Sequence record: SRR22947725_93
Strand: one strand, 5' to 3'
DNA: 32,983 nt
Made by a program: the position numbers and the translations under genes. How positions within the stretch are numbered: position 1 is the stretch's first letter; each line of letters starts with the position of its first letter. Below, piece after piece: positions 1 to 8,475 of the stretch. The notes beneath the pieces were generated by a model. It made no database searches. It was not told the DNA's origin and worked only from the letters and a program-made list of their open reading frames with translations.

Positions 1-30
1 GTATTGCCCCTTCGCAATAATCACCAGGCA
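1..30 (-). rRNA. rrf: 5S rRNA, 5' end only (truncated by the left window edge)
   Basis: Reverse complement of 1-30 reads TGCCTGGTGATTATTGCGAAGGGGCAATAC. This matches the typical bacterial 5S 5' end (TGCCTGG..., then GCG...GGGGCAA.AC leading into the CCGATCCCAT region). It is a GC-rich patch in otherwise very AT-rich DNA. Only 30 nt are visible. Confidence 0.85.
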
Positions 31-65
31 ACCCGGCTTATACATACATTTATTCTATTTGTAAA
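31..65 (-). promoter_or_regulatory. Putative sigma70 promoter for the 5S rRNA gene
   Basis: Minus strand: TTTACA (65-60), exactly 17 nt, TATAAG (42-37), then a GC-rich discriminator CCGGGT (36-31) directly before the 5S start. A GC-rich discriminator is typical of stable-RNA promoters. Confidence 0.7.
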
Positions 66-122
66 GTTTGAAAGTTGTTTATTTAATATCGCCATATATC
101 AAGTACATTAGCAGCTTTACCA

Positions 123-950
123 CTAAATTTTTAAATAAATATAATTACTCCACTCTTTAATAAATAAGATTTCATCTTTTGGGATATTAAATTTAAACTC
201 TTCGTATATTTCGTCAAGATTAGTAGAAATAACTTTAAATCCATTATTAATAAATATTGATTTTAATTCTTCAATATTCCATGAATTCATATGGTTAAAA
301 GAAGATAATTCCTTATCCTTAAAACATTCTGTCTTAAGACTCATTGATATATTTTTAAATCTTTTCTCATTAAAGATTTCTTTAAGGCGAGATTGGTTAA
401 TTTGAGCTGGACCATGATAAGCATTTTCAACATATGTAAGATCTTTTGAGAAAGAATAAGGATTTCCAAAATTTTTATTTGAATAATCACAGAACATGCT
501 TGAAATTCTGTTATACTTGTTATCTTCTACATTAAAATTTTTCCAGGTATCTACGTAACGTGAATATTGACCATCTGTTATTTTTAAAAAATGTTGATCA
601 TTTTCATTTGAATGAAAAGCTTTATAGAAAAACTCAAAATTTGGATATTTAAATAAAATTTTAGATTCACTATCAGAAATTTTTTTTATTTCATTTATTA
701 AATTAATGAAAGTTCCATCCTCTATATGTTCAATAAAATGTGAGCAAAAAACAATTTTATATTTTTTTTTAGGTAATTTAGTAAAATTGTTAAACTCTGT
801 GTAAGTAATTAGTGGAAATGAATCTTTATCAAGCATATCCCAGCCCATCCAGTTTCTTCTTCCAGATCCTATTGAAATTTTTTTAATTTTTATAAAGATA
901 TTTAAAAATTTAATTATATAGGCTTTAATATAAATTAGTAAAATCTTCAT
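123..950 (-). CDS. Putative class I SAM-dependent methyltransferase (divergent)
   Basis: 275 aa. Motif I-like ISIGSG followed by GWDMLD, then FCSHFIEH, ILFKYPN and a C-terminal HMNSWN. This pattern is seen in glycan-locus methyltransferase-like proteins. Confidence 0.55.
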   Translation of the reverse strand: MKILLIYIKAYIIKFLNIFIKIKKISIGSGRRNWMGWDMLDKDSFPLITYTEFNNFTKLPKKKYKIVFCSHFIEHIEDGTFINLINEIKKISDSESKILFKYPNFEFFYKAFHSNENDQHFLKITDGQYSRYVDTWKNFNVEDNKYNRISSMFCDYSNKNFGNPYSFSKDLTYVENAYHGPAQINQSRLKEIFNEKRFKNISMSLKTECFKDKELSSFNHMNSWNIEELKSIFINNGFKVISTNLDEIYEEFKFNIPKDEILFIKEWSNYIYLKI

Positions 951-1000
951 TAACTTTTATTCATATATATAAATTATATAATAACATTTAAATATAATTT

Positions 1001-1981
1001 TTATAGATTTTTTTTTGAAAAATAAGATTTATAAAATTGAATTGTTTCTAACAACCCATCTTGAAGTGAGTATTTAGGTTTCCAATTCAATTCTTTCTTA
1101 GCTTTATCACAGTTAAGAAGCATATCTTTAGTTTCTCCTATGGTGTTTGAAACTATTTCTATTTCATTATCACTTTTGCATAATTTTAATATCATTTTAA
1201 CTATCTCTATTACAGGTATTTGAACTTCTAGAGAAAAATTAAATGCACTTCCAAATTTGAATAATTTATTAGAGTCACTCATCTTATCTATTAACAAATC
1301 ATTTATCAAAACAGCATCCTTAATATAAAGAAAATCACGTGTAAAAGTTCCATCAGATCTTAACTTAATTTTTCTACCGTTTACAACTGATTTTATTACA
1401 TAGGGTATAATTCTACTAAAATTAAAATCATATCCACCAAAGTAATTTCCACACCTTATTGTTGCTGCCCTCACCCCATACGATTCAGCATATATCTTTG
1501 TTAAATGCTCTTGTGATACTTTAGCTGCACTATAAATATGACTTGGATCAAATTTCATCTGCTCATCAAACGGAGTAATATTATTACCATAAACTTTATC
1601 TGTAGTATGAGAAAGAAAAAGTGAATTTGGACAATGCAATCTTATGGCTTCTAAAAGATTAAGTGTACTATTTGAAGATGCTTCATAAGTATATTTAGGA
1701 TTATCTCTAGCAACAGTTATATCACCAACAGCAGCCATATGCATTACTACATCAGGCTTAATTTCTTTAATTATTTTTTCTACCGCTGAATAATCAAGTA
1801 GGTTTAAAACTTCTTCTCTACAATATTTACTAAATTTTTTTATAAAATATTGTGAATTGGACTGATAGCTAATTTTACTTTTAGGATTTCGTAAAACTGT
1901 AACTTCAAAAGATTTATTAAGTAATTCTGGAATTAACCAGCCACCTAAAAAGCCAGTAGCACCTGTTAGAATTATTTTCAT
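1001..1981 (-). CDS. NDP-sugar 4,6-dehydratase, RfbG (CDP-glucose 4,6-dehydratase)-like SDR
   Basis: 326 aa. GATGFLG Rossmann motif, TTDKVY (cf. RfbG TSDKCY), YSAAK catalytic motif, and RCGNYFGGYD..SRIIP (cf. RfbG RAGNVIGGGD...RLIP). Confidence 0.7.
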   Translation of the reverse strand: MKIILTGATGFLGGWLIPELLNKSFEVTVLRNPKSKISYQSNSQYFIKKFSKYCREEVLNLLDYSAVEKIIKEIKPDVVMHMAAVGDITVARDNPKYTYEASSNSTLNLLEAIRLHCPNSLFLSHTTDKVYGNNITPFDEQMKFDPSHIYSAAKVSQEHLTKIYAESYGVRAATIRCGNYFGGYDFNFSRIIPYVIKSVVNGRKIKLRSDGTFTRDFLYIKDAVLINDLLIDKMSDSNKLFKFGSAFNFSLEVQIPVIEIVKMILKLCKSDNEIEIVSNTIGETKDMLLNCDKAKKELNWKPKYSLQDGLLETIQFYKSYFSKKNL

Positions 1982-2641
1982 TTATAATTTTTTTTTTAAA
2001 GCACATAATGAAAAAATATAATGAGACATTGGATGAAAACCTGTGTGCAAAACTTCATCATTCATTGAAAAGATAAAAACTCTTTCAAAAAAATTTTCAC
2101 TTAATTTTTTTAGCTCTTTTGCATTTTTGCAGTTTATGTGTCCAATTTTAGCTGTTGGAGAAGCATATTTTTGACTTTCCAAAGATGGTGTCCCAATTAT
2201 TAAGATGCCATTTTCATTTAATGAAGATGTAATATTTTGAATAAATGAAATTTCATCTTTTTTATTAATATGCTCAATTACATCAAGTAAATAAATTCCA
2301 TCATATTTTTTTTTTAAATTTGATTTACAAAAGTCATGTAAAAAATATTTTGATTTGATATTTTTCTTATCATAATGCTTTAAATTTAAAATCTCAACAT
2401 CTGTCAAATCTAATGTTCCAACAGAGTCTTTAACTATTCTACTTCCAAAGCCATCACCAGCACCAACTTCTAGAACACTTTGGAAATCTGCAAACATTTT
2501 TGAAACAAATTTATATCTTGATAACGTAAATACTAAATGTTTTGGATCTCTAATCCATGACTCTGAAAGATGCTTTCCAAGTTTAACTGTTTTTCCTTTA
2601 TTCATATGTTGAATAAATTTTTTATTAATTATATTTTTCAT
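1982..2641 (-). CDS. Class I SAM-dependent methyltransferase
   Basis: 219 aa. VLEVGAGDG motif I, YDGIYLLDVIEH, LNENGILIIGTP, and a downstream His (GHIN). Confidence 0.85.
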   Translation of the reverse strand: MKNIINKKFIQHMNKGKTVKLGKHLSESWIRDPKHLVFTLSRYKFVSKMFADFQSVLEVGAGDGFGSRIVKDSVGTLDLTDVEILNLKHYDKKNIKSKYFLHDFCKSNLKKKYDGIYLLDVIEHINKKDEISFIQNITSSLNENGILIIGTPSLESQKYASPTAKIGHINCKNAKELKKLSENFFERVFIFSMNDEVLHTGFHPMSHYIFSLCALKKKL

Positions 2642-2715
2642 GAATTATTTATTTTATATTTTATTTAATTCTAAACAATAAGATTATAATATTTTCATTT
2701 TAATTAAAATTAAGT

Positions 2716-3966
2716 TTATTTACCCACCAACTTTAAATTTTTATTTAGACATGCCGTTATGATATTTGCAATTTTTTTTGAACCTTGTGGGTTGAAATGT
2801 GAATCGTCATAAAAATTTATTTCAGTTGGTTCTAAGAATTTATTTATTTCACAAAATAAAAAATTATTTTTTTCAACTACTTCTTTTAACCAATTATTAT
2901 ATAATTTTGAAATACTTATTAAACTCTCTAAGTTTAATGAATAATCAGTATTTGGAGGTGTCTGCCAAAAATTCTTTTTTAATTTGTTTGATGTTTTTTT
3001 ATTATAGGCAGTTGGGTTTTCTAGAAAAATACAAGAAAGGTTATTATCATTACAAATTTTGATAATTTGCTTAACATCATTTTTATATTGATTAGGAATT
3101 GTGGTAAGATTATTTTTTATAATTTTTCTATTTTTAAAACTATTACTTTGATTTTTACCATATCGTTGAATTACCCTTACCGTCTTTCTTGAAGATGGAT
3201 TAAGCTCAAGGTTAATTAAAGTATAAACTTTCATAATCAATGACTTTCTAAATGAAAATTTATTAAATAAACTTTCTATGTTTGAAAAATTATTTTCTAT
3301 AATGTGCTGATTCCAATCATTTTGACCAAATAAAAAAAAGTAATGTTCGGCTTTAATATTATTGTTTATAAAATAAAGTAAATTTTTTTTGAGTTGATTT
3401 ACTCTTAAACCAGAAACTCCTGTATTAACTACTTCTATTTTTTGATTATAGTTTTTTGTTAAATTTTTTGATAATTCATTTCCCCATGTTTCATTAAAAT
3501 TTAGATATATTTCTTCAACTTGGCTTCCCCCCAACAATATAATTTTTTTTTGATTTTTATTAGTTAAATAATCTATTTCATTACTTACTCTAAAACCCTT
3601 AACATCTGTTTTGATTATTATTTTTTTGTCTTTATCAAAACCATACATTGTGTCATCACTTAATATTTTTTTTATATTCATATTTTTGGGTAAAGAAAAA
3701 TAGGATTTAATTGATGATGAAAATGGAGTTAAAATAAAGTTTACAACTAAAATTAAGTATAAAGTGAATAAAAAAATACTTAATAAAATATTTGAGTTTT
3801 TTAAAAAAAAATATCCCCAAATAACTATTTGAAAAAAAATAGTAGCAAACCACAAGCCTGAACCCCATGTTTTTATTGATCTACCAGGCTCTATAGATAA
3901 AAAAAAAGTAGCAGACACTAAAACAGTAAATATAAAAAAAAAAAATTTATTAGAATTTATTTGCAT
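2716..3966 (-). CDS. Membrane-anchored SGNH/GDSL hydrolase family protein (O-acetyl esterase/transferase-like)
   Basis: 416 aa. About 3 hydrophobic segments in the first 80 aa. SGNH blocks LLGGSQ (I), VNTGVSG (II), FGQND (III) and DDSHFN (V, DxxH). Confidence 0.8.
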   Translation of the reverse strand: MQINSNKFFFFIFTVLVSATFFLSIEPGRSIKTWGSGLWFATIFFQIVIWGYFFLKNSNILLSIFLFTLYLILVVNFILTPFSSSIKSYFSLPKNMNIKKILSDDTMYGFDKDKKIIIKTDVKGFRVSNEIDYLTNKNQKKIILLGGSQVEEIYLNFNETWGNELSKNLTKNYNQKIEVVNTGVSGLRVNQLKKNLLYFINNNIKAEHYFFLFGQNDWNQHIIENNFSNIESLFNKFSFRKSLIMKVYTLINLELNPSSRKTVRVIQRYGKNQSNSFKNRKIIKNNLTTIPNQYKNDVKQIIKICNDNNLSCIFLENPTAYNKKTSNKLKKNFWQTPPNTDYSLNLESLISISKLYNNWLKEVVEKNNFLFCEINKFLEPTEINFYDDSHFNPQGSKKIANIITACLNKNLKLVGK

Positions 3967-4199
3967 TTAATTTTATTCTTTTCCACATAACAAAATTCAT
4001 CAATTATTTTTTTTATAGCTTCAAATAATGTAACATTCCCCTCATGATAATATTCGTTAATTACCATTTCAACTGCAGCTTTGAAATCTTTATCTTCAGC
4101 AAGTTCATAGCTATTTTTTCCACCAATTTCAGAATATGAGGATTGCACTAAGATATTTAGATAGAAAATAATAAAATAGTAAAATATTTTTTTTTTCAT
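3957..4199 (-). CDS. Small exported hypothetical protein
   Basis: 80 aa. Basic N-terminus, hydrophobic stretch and SSYS-E cleavage-like site. Cys70 and Cys79. It overlaps both neighbours (1 nt and 10 nt) and exactly fills the operon gap. Confidence 0.7.
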   Translation of the reverse strand: MKKKIFYYFIIFYLNILVQSSYSEIGGKNSYELAEDKDFKAAVEMVINEYYHEGNVTLFEAIKKIIDEFCYVEKNKIKCK

Positions 4200-4957
4200 T
4201 ATAATTTGACTTTATAATATAAAATTCCTATTAATTCATGAAGAATAATCTCCCAATATCTAAAACTAAGACTAAAGTTATATGAAAATAGAGAAAAGCT
4301 TCCCTTCTTTATTTGCCAATCAACAGGATAAGGTCTAATTTTTAGTTTTAATTCTTGTGATAAAAACATTGCTCTTTTCATGTGAAATGCGGAAGTAATA
4401 AGTAGCCAATTTCCACCAATCTCTTCAATAATATTTTTTGAATATACTATATTTTGAAGTGTATTTTTTGATTTTTTTTCTAAAATTATTTTATCTTCTT
4501 TTACGCCGAATCTTTTAAAAAAAATTTTTGCTCTTTCTGCTTCTGATGATCTTGGATTTATTTTGTTACTAAATCCACTATATAAGATTAATAAATCACT
4601 ATTTATGTTGTATAGCTCAATAGCACTTGTTAATCTCTCAACTTGACCATTTAAAGCTATTTCTGAAAAATTATGATAGGATTTTTCTTCTAATGGACCT
4701 CCTAAAATGAGCAAACCTGTAATCTCACTTAAATTTATTTGAGGCTTTGAAAATTTTTTTTCAAAACTATTTAAAATATATCCACTTATTCCTATATTTC
4801 CAAAAAATAAAATAAAAAAAGTTATCAAATATAGGGTTATTTTTTTATAAAAATTATTATTGAATAAATAAGCGATTAAAAAAGAAAAATATAAAAAGAT
4901 TATCAAATATAATGGTGAAAGAAAAAAACCTACAAACTTACTTAAGAAAAATTCCAC
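4199..4957 (-). CDS. YdcF/ElyC/SanA (DUF218) family envelope protein
   Basis: 252 aa, GTG start overlapping the upstream TAG. Two N-terminal TM segments, ILGG, SEAE, LEKKSKNTLQN, LITSAFHMKRA, PYPVD and HELIG motifs. Confidence 0.9.
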   Translation of the reverse strand: MEFFLSKFVGFFLSPLYLIIFLYFSFLIAYLFNNNFYKKITLYLITFFILFFGNIGISGYILNSFEKKFSKPQINLSEITGLLILGGPLEEKSYHNFSEIALNGQVERLTSAIELYNINSDLLILYSGFSNKINPRSSEAERAKIFFKRFGVKEDKIILEKKSKNTLQNIVYSKNIIEEIGGNWLLITSAFHMKRAMFLSQELKLKIRPYPVDWQIKKGSFSLFSYNFSLSFRYWEIILHELIGILYYKVKL

Positions 4958-6771
4958 TATTCAAATTTTTTAACAATCTCTTCAAATTGTAATAAATCTT
5001 TATTAGACCGATAATTTTCAATTTTTTTAATTAAATCTTGTGCAATTACTTTATCAATATTTTTTTCATTAGATTGGTATATATTGTTAATTCTAGTTTT
5101 TGATAGAGTTCCACTGGATAATATTTCATGTTCTTTTTCACCTTCTCTTAATCCAATTATTTTTATAGGAATATTTTTGATCTGATTAAAATTAAGGGAA
5201 CTTAAAAAAAGTAATTTTTGAGCTATCTCAATTATTTTTATAGGCTTTCCCATTTCAAAAATAAATATTTCATTTCCATTGGCAATTTTTTGTGCACTTA
5301 AAATTAATATTACAGCCTCAGGAATTGACATAAAGTATCTAGTGACATTTTCAGAGGTGACAGTAATTGGTTGACCTGAATTAATTTGTTTTTTAAAAAT
5401 AGGGATTACTGATCCAGAGGACTCAAAAACATTTCCAAATCTAACAATAAAATAAGCATTGTTATCTTGATCGATAACATTTTTTGAATAATATAATAAA
5501 ATTATCTCACAAATTCTTTTTGTAAGACCCATAAAACTTGTTGGACTAACTGCTTTATCAGTTGAAATTAATATAAATTTTTTTATTTTTTTTCTGATAG
5601 AAATTTTAATTAGATGATTAAAAGCAACTACGTTATTTGTAAACGCTGAAGCTTTATTCTCTTCAACAATATTGACATGTTTATAAGCAGCAGCATGATA
5701 AACAAAATCAAAATTATACCTATCAAATAAACTATTAATTTCTTCTTCATCATTAAGATTTAACAAAAGAAAATCAACTTTAGTTATTTCTTTTGGTATT
5801 TTTTTGATTAATAAATCTCTTAATTTAAACATATTAATTTCACTAAAGTCCAATAAAACCAATCTTTCTGGCTTTTTTGCTAATATTCTTGAAGCAAGCT
5901 CGCTCCCAATTGATCCAGCTGCTCCTGTTACTAAAATACATTTATTTCCTATCTCTTCTAAATCAACATTATTTTTATATTCAACTGTTCTTTCGATTAA
6001 ATCTTCTAATTTAATATCTCTTAAAAATGCTTGTGGATCTAAGTCTGATTTTAATTTTAAAATTTTTTGATCAAGTACCTTTAAGGTTAAATTATTTTTT
6101 TTTACATAAAAATTTAAATTTTCTAAATTTTTATTCTTTTGTAAAAATGTTTGGCTAAATACAATCTCATCAAGACTATTTTTAAAAACATTTTTATTAA
6201 TATCTTTAATTTTATCAATATCTAACATCGCAATAGTTTCAATATGTGCAAAATTTTTAACCATGCTTGAATTCAAGAAGAAATTAGTTACTTCATCTTT
6301 TCCTATAATCAAGATATTTTTTTTTTTAAAATGAATAAATGAATTATAAAATATTACTGCATAGGTTCTTATAAATGATGAAAAAAATATGAAAAAAATT
6401 GAATAAATAAACACTAGGGAGTATGAGGTTCCATAAACTAACTCTAAATTTAATTTTTGTAAGAAAAAAATTAAAAAAAATAAAAAAATAAAATTATAAA
6501 TTCCAAATTTAATAATCTTAAAAAAATTAAATATATTAAAGAATCTAAATATATTTGAATACATTCCAGAAATTATAAAAAAAAATATAAATGAAGTTGA
6601 GGTAAATAACTGGAAATATATATAGTTTAAATTACTTGGAATTATAAGACCGTATAATAAAAAAAAAGCTAAATAAAAAGAAAAAATAGAAAATATAAAA
6701 TCAATAATAATTAATAAAAATTTTTTATACTTACGACTTAAGCCAAAAAGAGCAATGACAATTTTATTCAT
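4957..6771 (-). CDS. Membrane-bound UDP-GlcNAc 4,6-dehydratase (PglF/CapD/WbpM family)
   Basis: 604 aa. Four N-terminal TM segments, GAAGSIGSEL, HAAAYKHV, ISTDKAV, MGLTK, VRFGNVFESSGSVIP, TRYFMSIPEA and GLREGEKEHE. Confidence 0.92.
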   Translation of the reverse strand: MNKIVIALFGLSRKYKKFLLIIIDFIFSIFSFYLAFFLLYGLIIPSNLNYIYFQLFTSTSFIFFFIISGMYSNIFRFFNIFNFFKIIKFGIYNFIFLFFLIFFLQKLNLELVYGTSYSLVFIYSIFFIFFSSFIRTYAVIFYNSFIHFKKKNILIIGKDEVTNFFLNSSMVKNFAHIETIAMLDIDKIKDINKNVFKNSLDEIVFSQTFLQKNKNLENLNFYVKKNNLTLKVLDQKILKLKSDLDPQAFLRDIKLEDLIERTVEYKNNVDLEEIGNKCILVTGAAGSIGSELASRILAKKPERLVLLDFSEINMFKLRDLLIKKIPKEITKVDFLLLNLNDEEEINSLFDRYNFDFVYHAAAYKHVNIVEENKASAFTNNVVAFNHLIKISIRKKIKKFILISTDKAVSPTSFMGLTKRICEIILLYYSKNVIDQDNNAYFIVRFGNVFESSGSVIPIFKKQINSGQPITVTSENVTRYFMSIPEAVILILSAQKIANGNEIFIFEMGKPIKIIEIAQKLLFLSSLNFNQIKNIPIKIIGLREGEKEHEILSSGTLSKTRINNIYQSNEKNIDKVIAQDLIKKIENYRSNKDLLQFEEIVKKFE

Positions 6772-7352
6772 TAATGTGTTATACCTCTTAAATTAAATAC
6801 TTTAACAAAAGTTTTAAAAATTATTTTAATATCTAGCAACATTGTCATATTTTTTTTGTAGTAATCATCTAATTCAACTTTTTTTTCTATTGATAAATCA
6901 TCTCTCCCATTAATTTGAGACCATCCAGTTATTCCAGGCAATAAATTAAAAATTTCTTTATCATTTCTTAGATTTATTAAGTCTTTTTGATTAAATAAAG
7001 CTGGTCTTGGACCAACCAGTGACATTTCACCTACTAGTACATTATATAGTTGAGGTAATTCATCTAAACTAAGTTTTCTTAAAATACGTCCAATAAAAGA
7101 AATATACTCTCCTGGATTTTTCATCAAATGAGTAGCTATCTGTGGTGTATTCAATTTCATAGTTCTAAATTTATACATATTAAAAATTATGTTTTTTTTA
7201 CCTATCCTTTTTGAAACATGAAACACATTTCCCCCATCAAAGAAAATAATTAATAACATAATCGTTATAATTACTGGCAAAGTTAAGAATGATGTAGTGA
7301 TTATTAAAAAAATATCAAATACTCTCTTCAAATTTTTCATACTTGCTTTCAA
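6771..7352 (-). CDS. Initiating sugar-1-phosphate transferase (small monotopic phosphoglycosyl transferase, Bac_transf)
   Basis: KRVFDI, a single hydrophobic helix, YKFRTM, SLDELPQLYNVLVGEMSLVGPRP and PGITGWSQINGR. The ATG at 7340 is a more likely start than the TTG at 7352. Confidence 0.93.
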   Translation of the reverse strand: MKASMKNLKRVFDIFLIITTSFLTLPVIITIMLLIIFFDGGNVFHVSKRIGKKNIIFNMYKFRTMKLNTPQIATHLMKNPGEYISFIGRILRKLSLDELPQLYNVLVGEMSLVGPRPALFNQKDLINLRNDKEIFNLLPGITGWSQINGRDDLSIEKKVELDDYYKKNMTMLLDIKIIFKTFVKVFNLRGITH

Positions 7353-7356
7353 CTTA

Positions 7357-8475
7357 TCAAAGTATCATTCTCACATATTCTGACTGGATGTTAAGGTATT
7401 TTTTTTGACTAAAATTTTTTTTTATGAAAATTGATGAAGTATTAGAAATTTTTTTAATTTTATTCTTTTTAAAGGTAAAAACATTGACCATTAATTCTAA
7501 TAACTCCTCATTGTCATTATATATAAAACCATTTACATTGTTTTTAATTAATTCTCTAGATCCACGTACATTTGAAGAGATGCAAACTAAACCACAGCAC
7601 ATTGCTTCAATTAAGCTCCTTGGCATCCCCTCTCTTTTTGATGGATGAATATAAATATCATTTTTCTTGAGATAACTGGATACGTTATTTGTAAGACCAG
7701 TAAATTTAATTTTTTTTTTGGAATATATTAATTTATATTTATGATGCAAATAATCATAATATTTTTTATCTTCAGTGTTTCTTGGGCCACCAATAATTAG
7801 AAGTTTAGACATTGGAAATAATTTTAAAATTTTTTTAAAATTTATAATTAAATCCTCCAATCCTTTACCCTTAGAAACTCTACATATGGTACAAAAGTTA
7901 AGACTATCTGTTTTAATATTTTTTTTTTGTGCACTAAATTTTTTTATATCCACACCATTTCCAATATATCTAGTTTTGACATTAAAAAATATGAAAAACT
8001 TTTTAAGACTATTTAAATCTTCTTTATTTTGACTCAAAATTAAATTAGTTCTTACAAGAAAAAATATTTCTATTAATTTGCTTAAAAATCTACTTAAAAA
8101 ATTTTGATCGTCATGAAAATACATTCCACGAGAAAAGTAAATTGATTTAACTTTTTTACTTAAGAAAAATATTGCAATTCTTGAACAAATACTTGCATTC
8201 CTATTATTATGAATAATAGCATTATAGTTATTTTTTTTAGCAACTTTATATATTTTATATGCAGCAGTTATAAATCGATGGAAAGTTAATATCGAATTTG
8301 TTGGCATTGGTATGAAAAAATCATTCTTTTTAATCTCTTTTTCGGTCCCGATAACAACATCCAATTCGATTTTTTTTTTTTTATAATAATTAAGTGACTC
8401 TTTAATAAATTTTTCAAATACAAACTGGGAATTACATACAATTAATATTTTTTTTTTATTAGATAATATCTTCAT
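7357..8475 (-). CDS. Glycosyltransferase family 4 (GT-B)
   Basis: 372 aa. QNKED, IGNGVD, RVSKGKG and PSKREGMPRSLIEAM (EX7E motif). Confidence 0.9.
   Translation of the reverse strand: MKILSNKKKILIVCNSQFVFEKFIKESLNYYKKKKIELDVVIGTEKEIKKNDFFIPMPTNSILTFHRFITAAYKIYKVAKKNNYNAIIHNNRNASICSRIAIFFLSKKVKSIYFSRGMYFHDDQNFLSRFLSKLIEIFFLVRTNLILSQNKEDLNSLKKFFIFFNVKTRYIGNGVDIKKFSAQKKNIKTDSLNFCTICRVSKGKGLEDLIINFKKILKLFPMSKLLIIGGPRNTEDKKYYDYLHHKYKLIYSKKKIKFTGLTNNVSSYLKKNDIYIHPSKREGMPRSLIEAMCCGLVCISSNVRGSRELIKNNVNGFIYNDNEELLELMVNVFTFKKNKIKKISNTSSIFIKKNFSQKKYLNIQSEYVRMIL

Noticed and set aside
61-120. Inverted 6-mer GTAAAG...CTTTAC downstream of the last CDS as a possible terminator
   Set aside because: The arms are short, 48 nt apart, and have no proper U-tract. 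This is not a credible intrinsic terminator.
2697-2710. Perfect 14-bp palindrome ATTTTAATTAAAAT and a nearby TATAAT in the 2642-2715 gap
   Set aside because: Composed only of A/T in an almost pure-AT spacer, with no -35 at proper spacing and no stable hairpin. Expected by chance.
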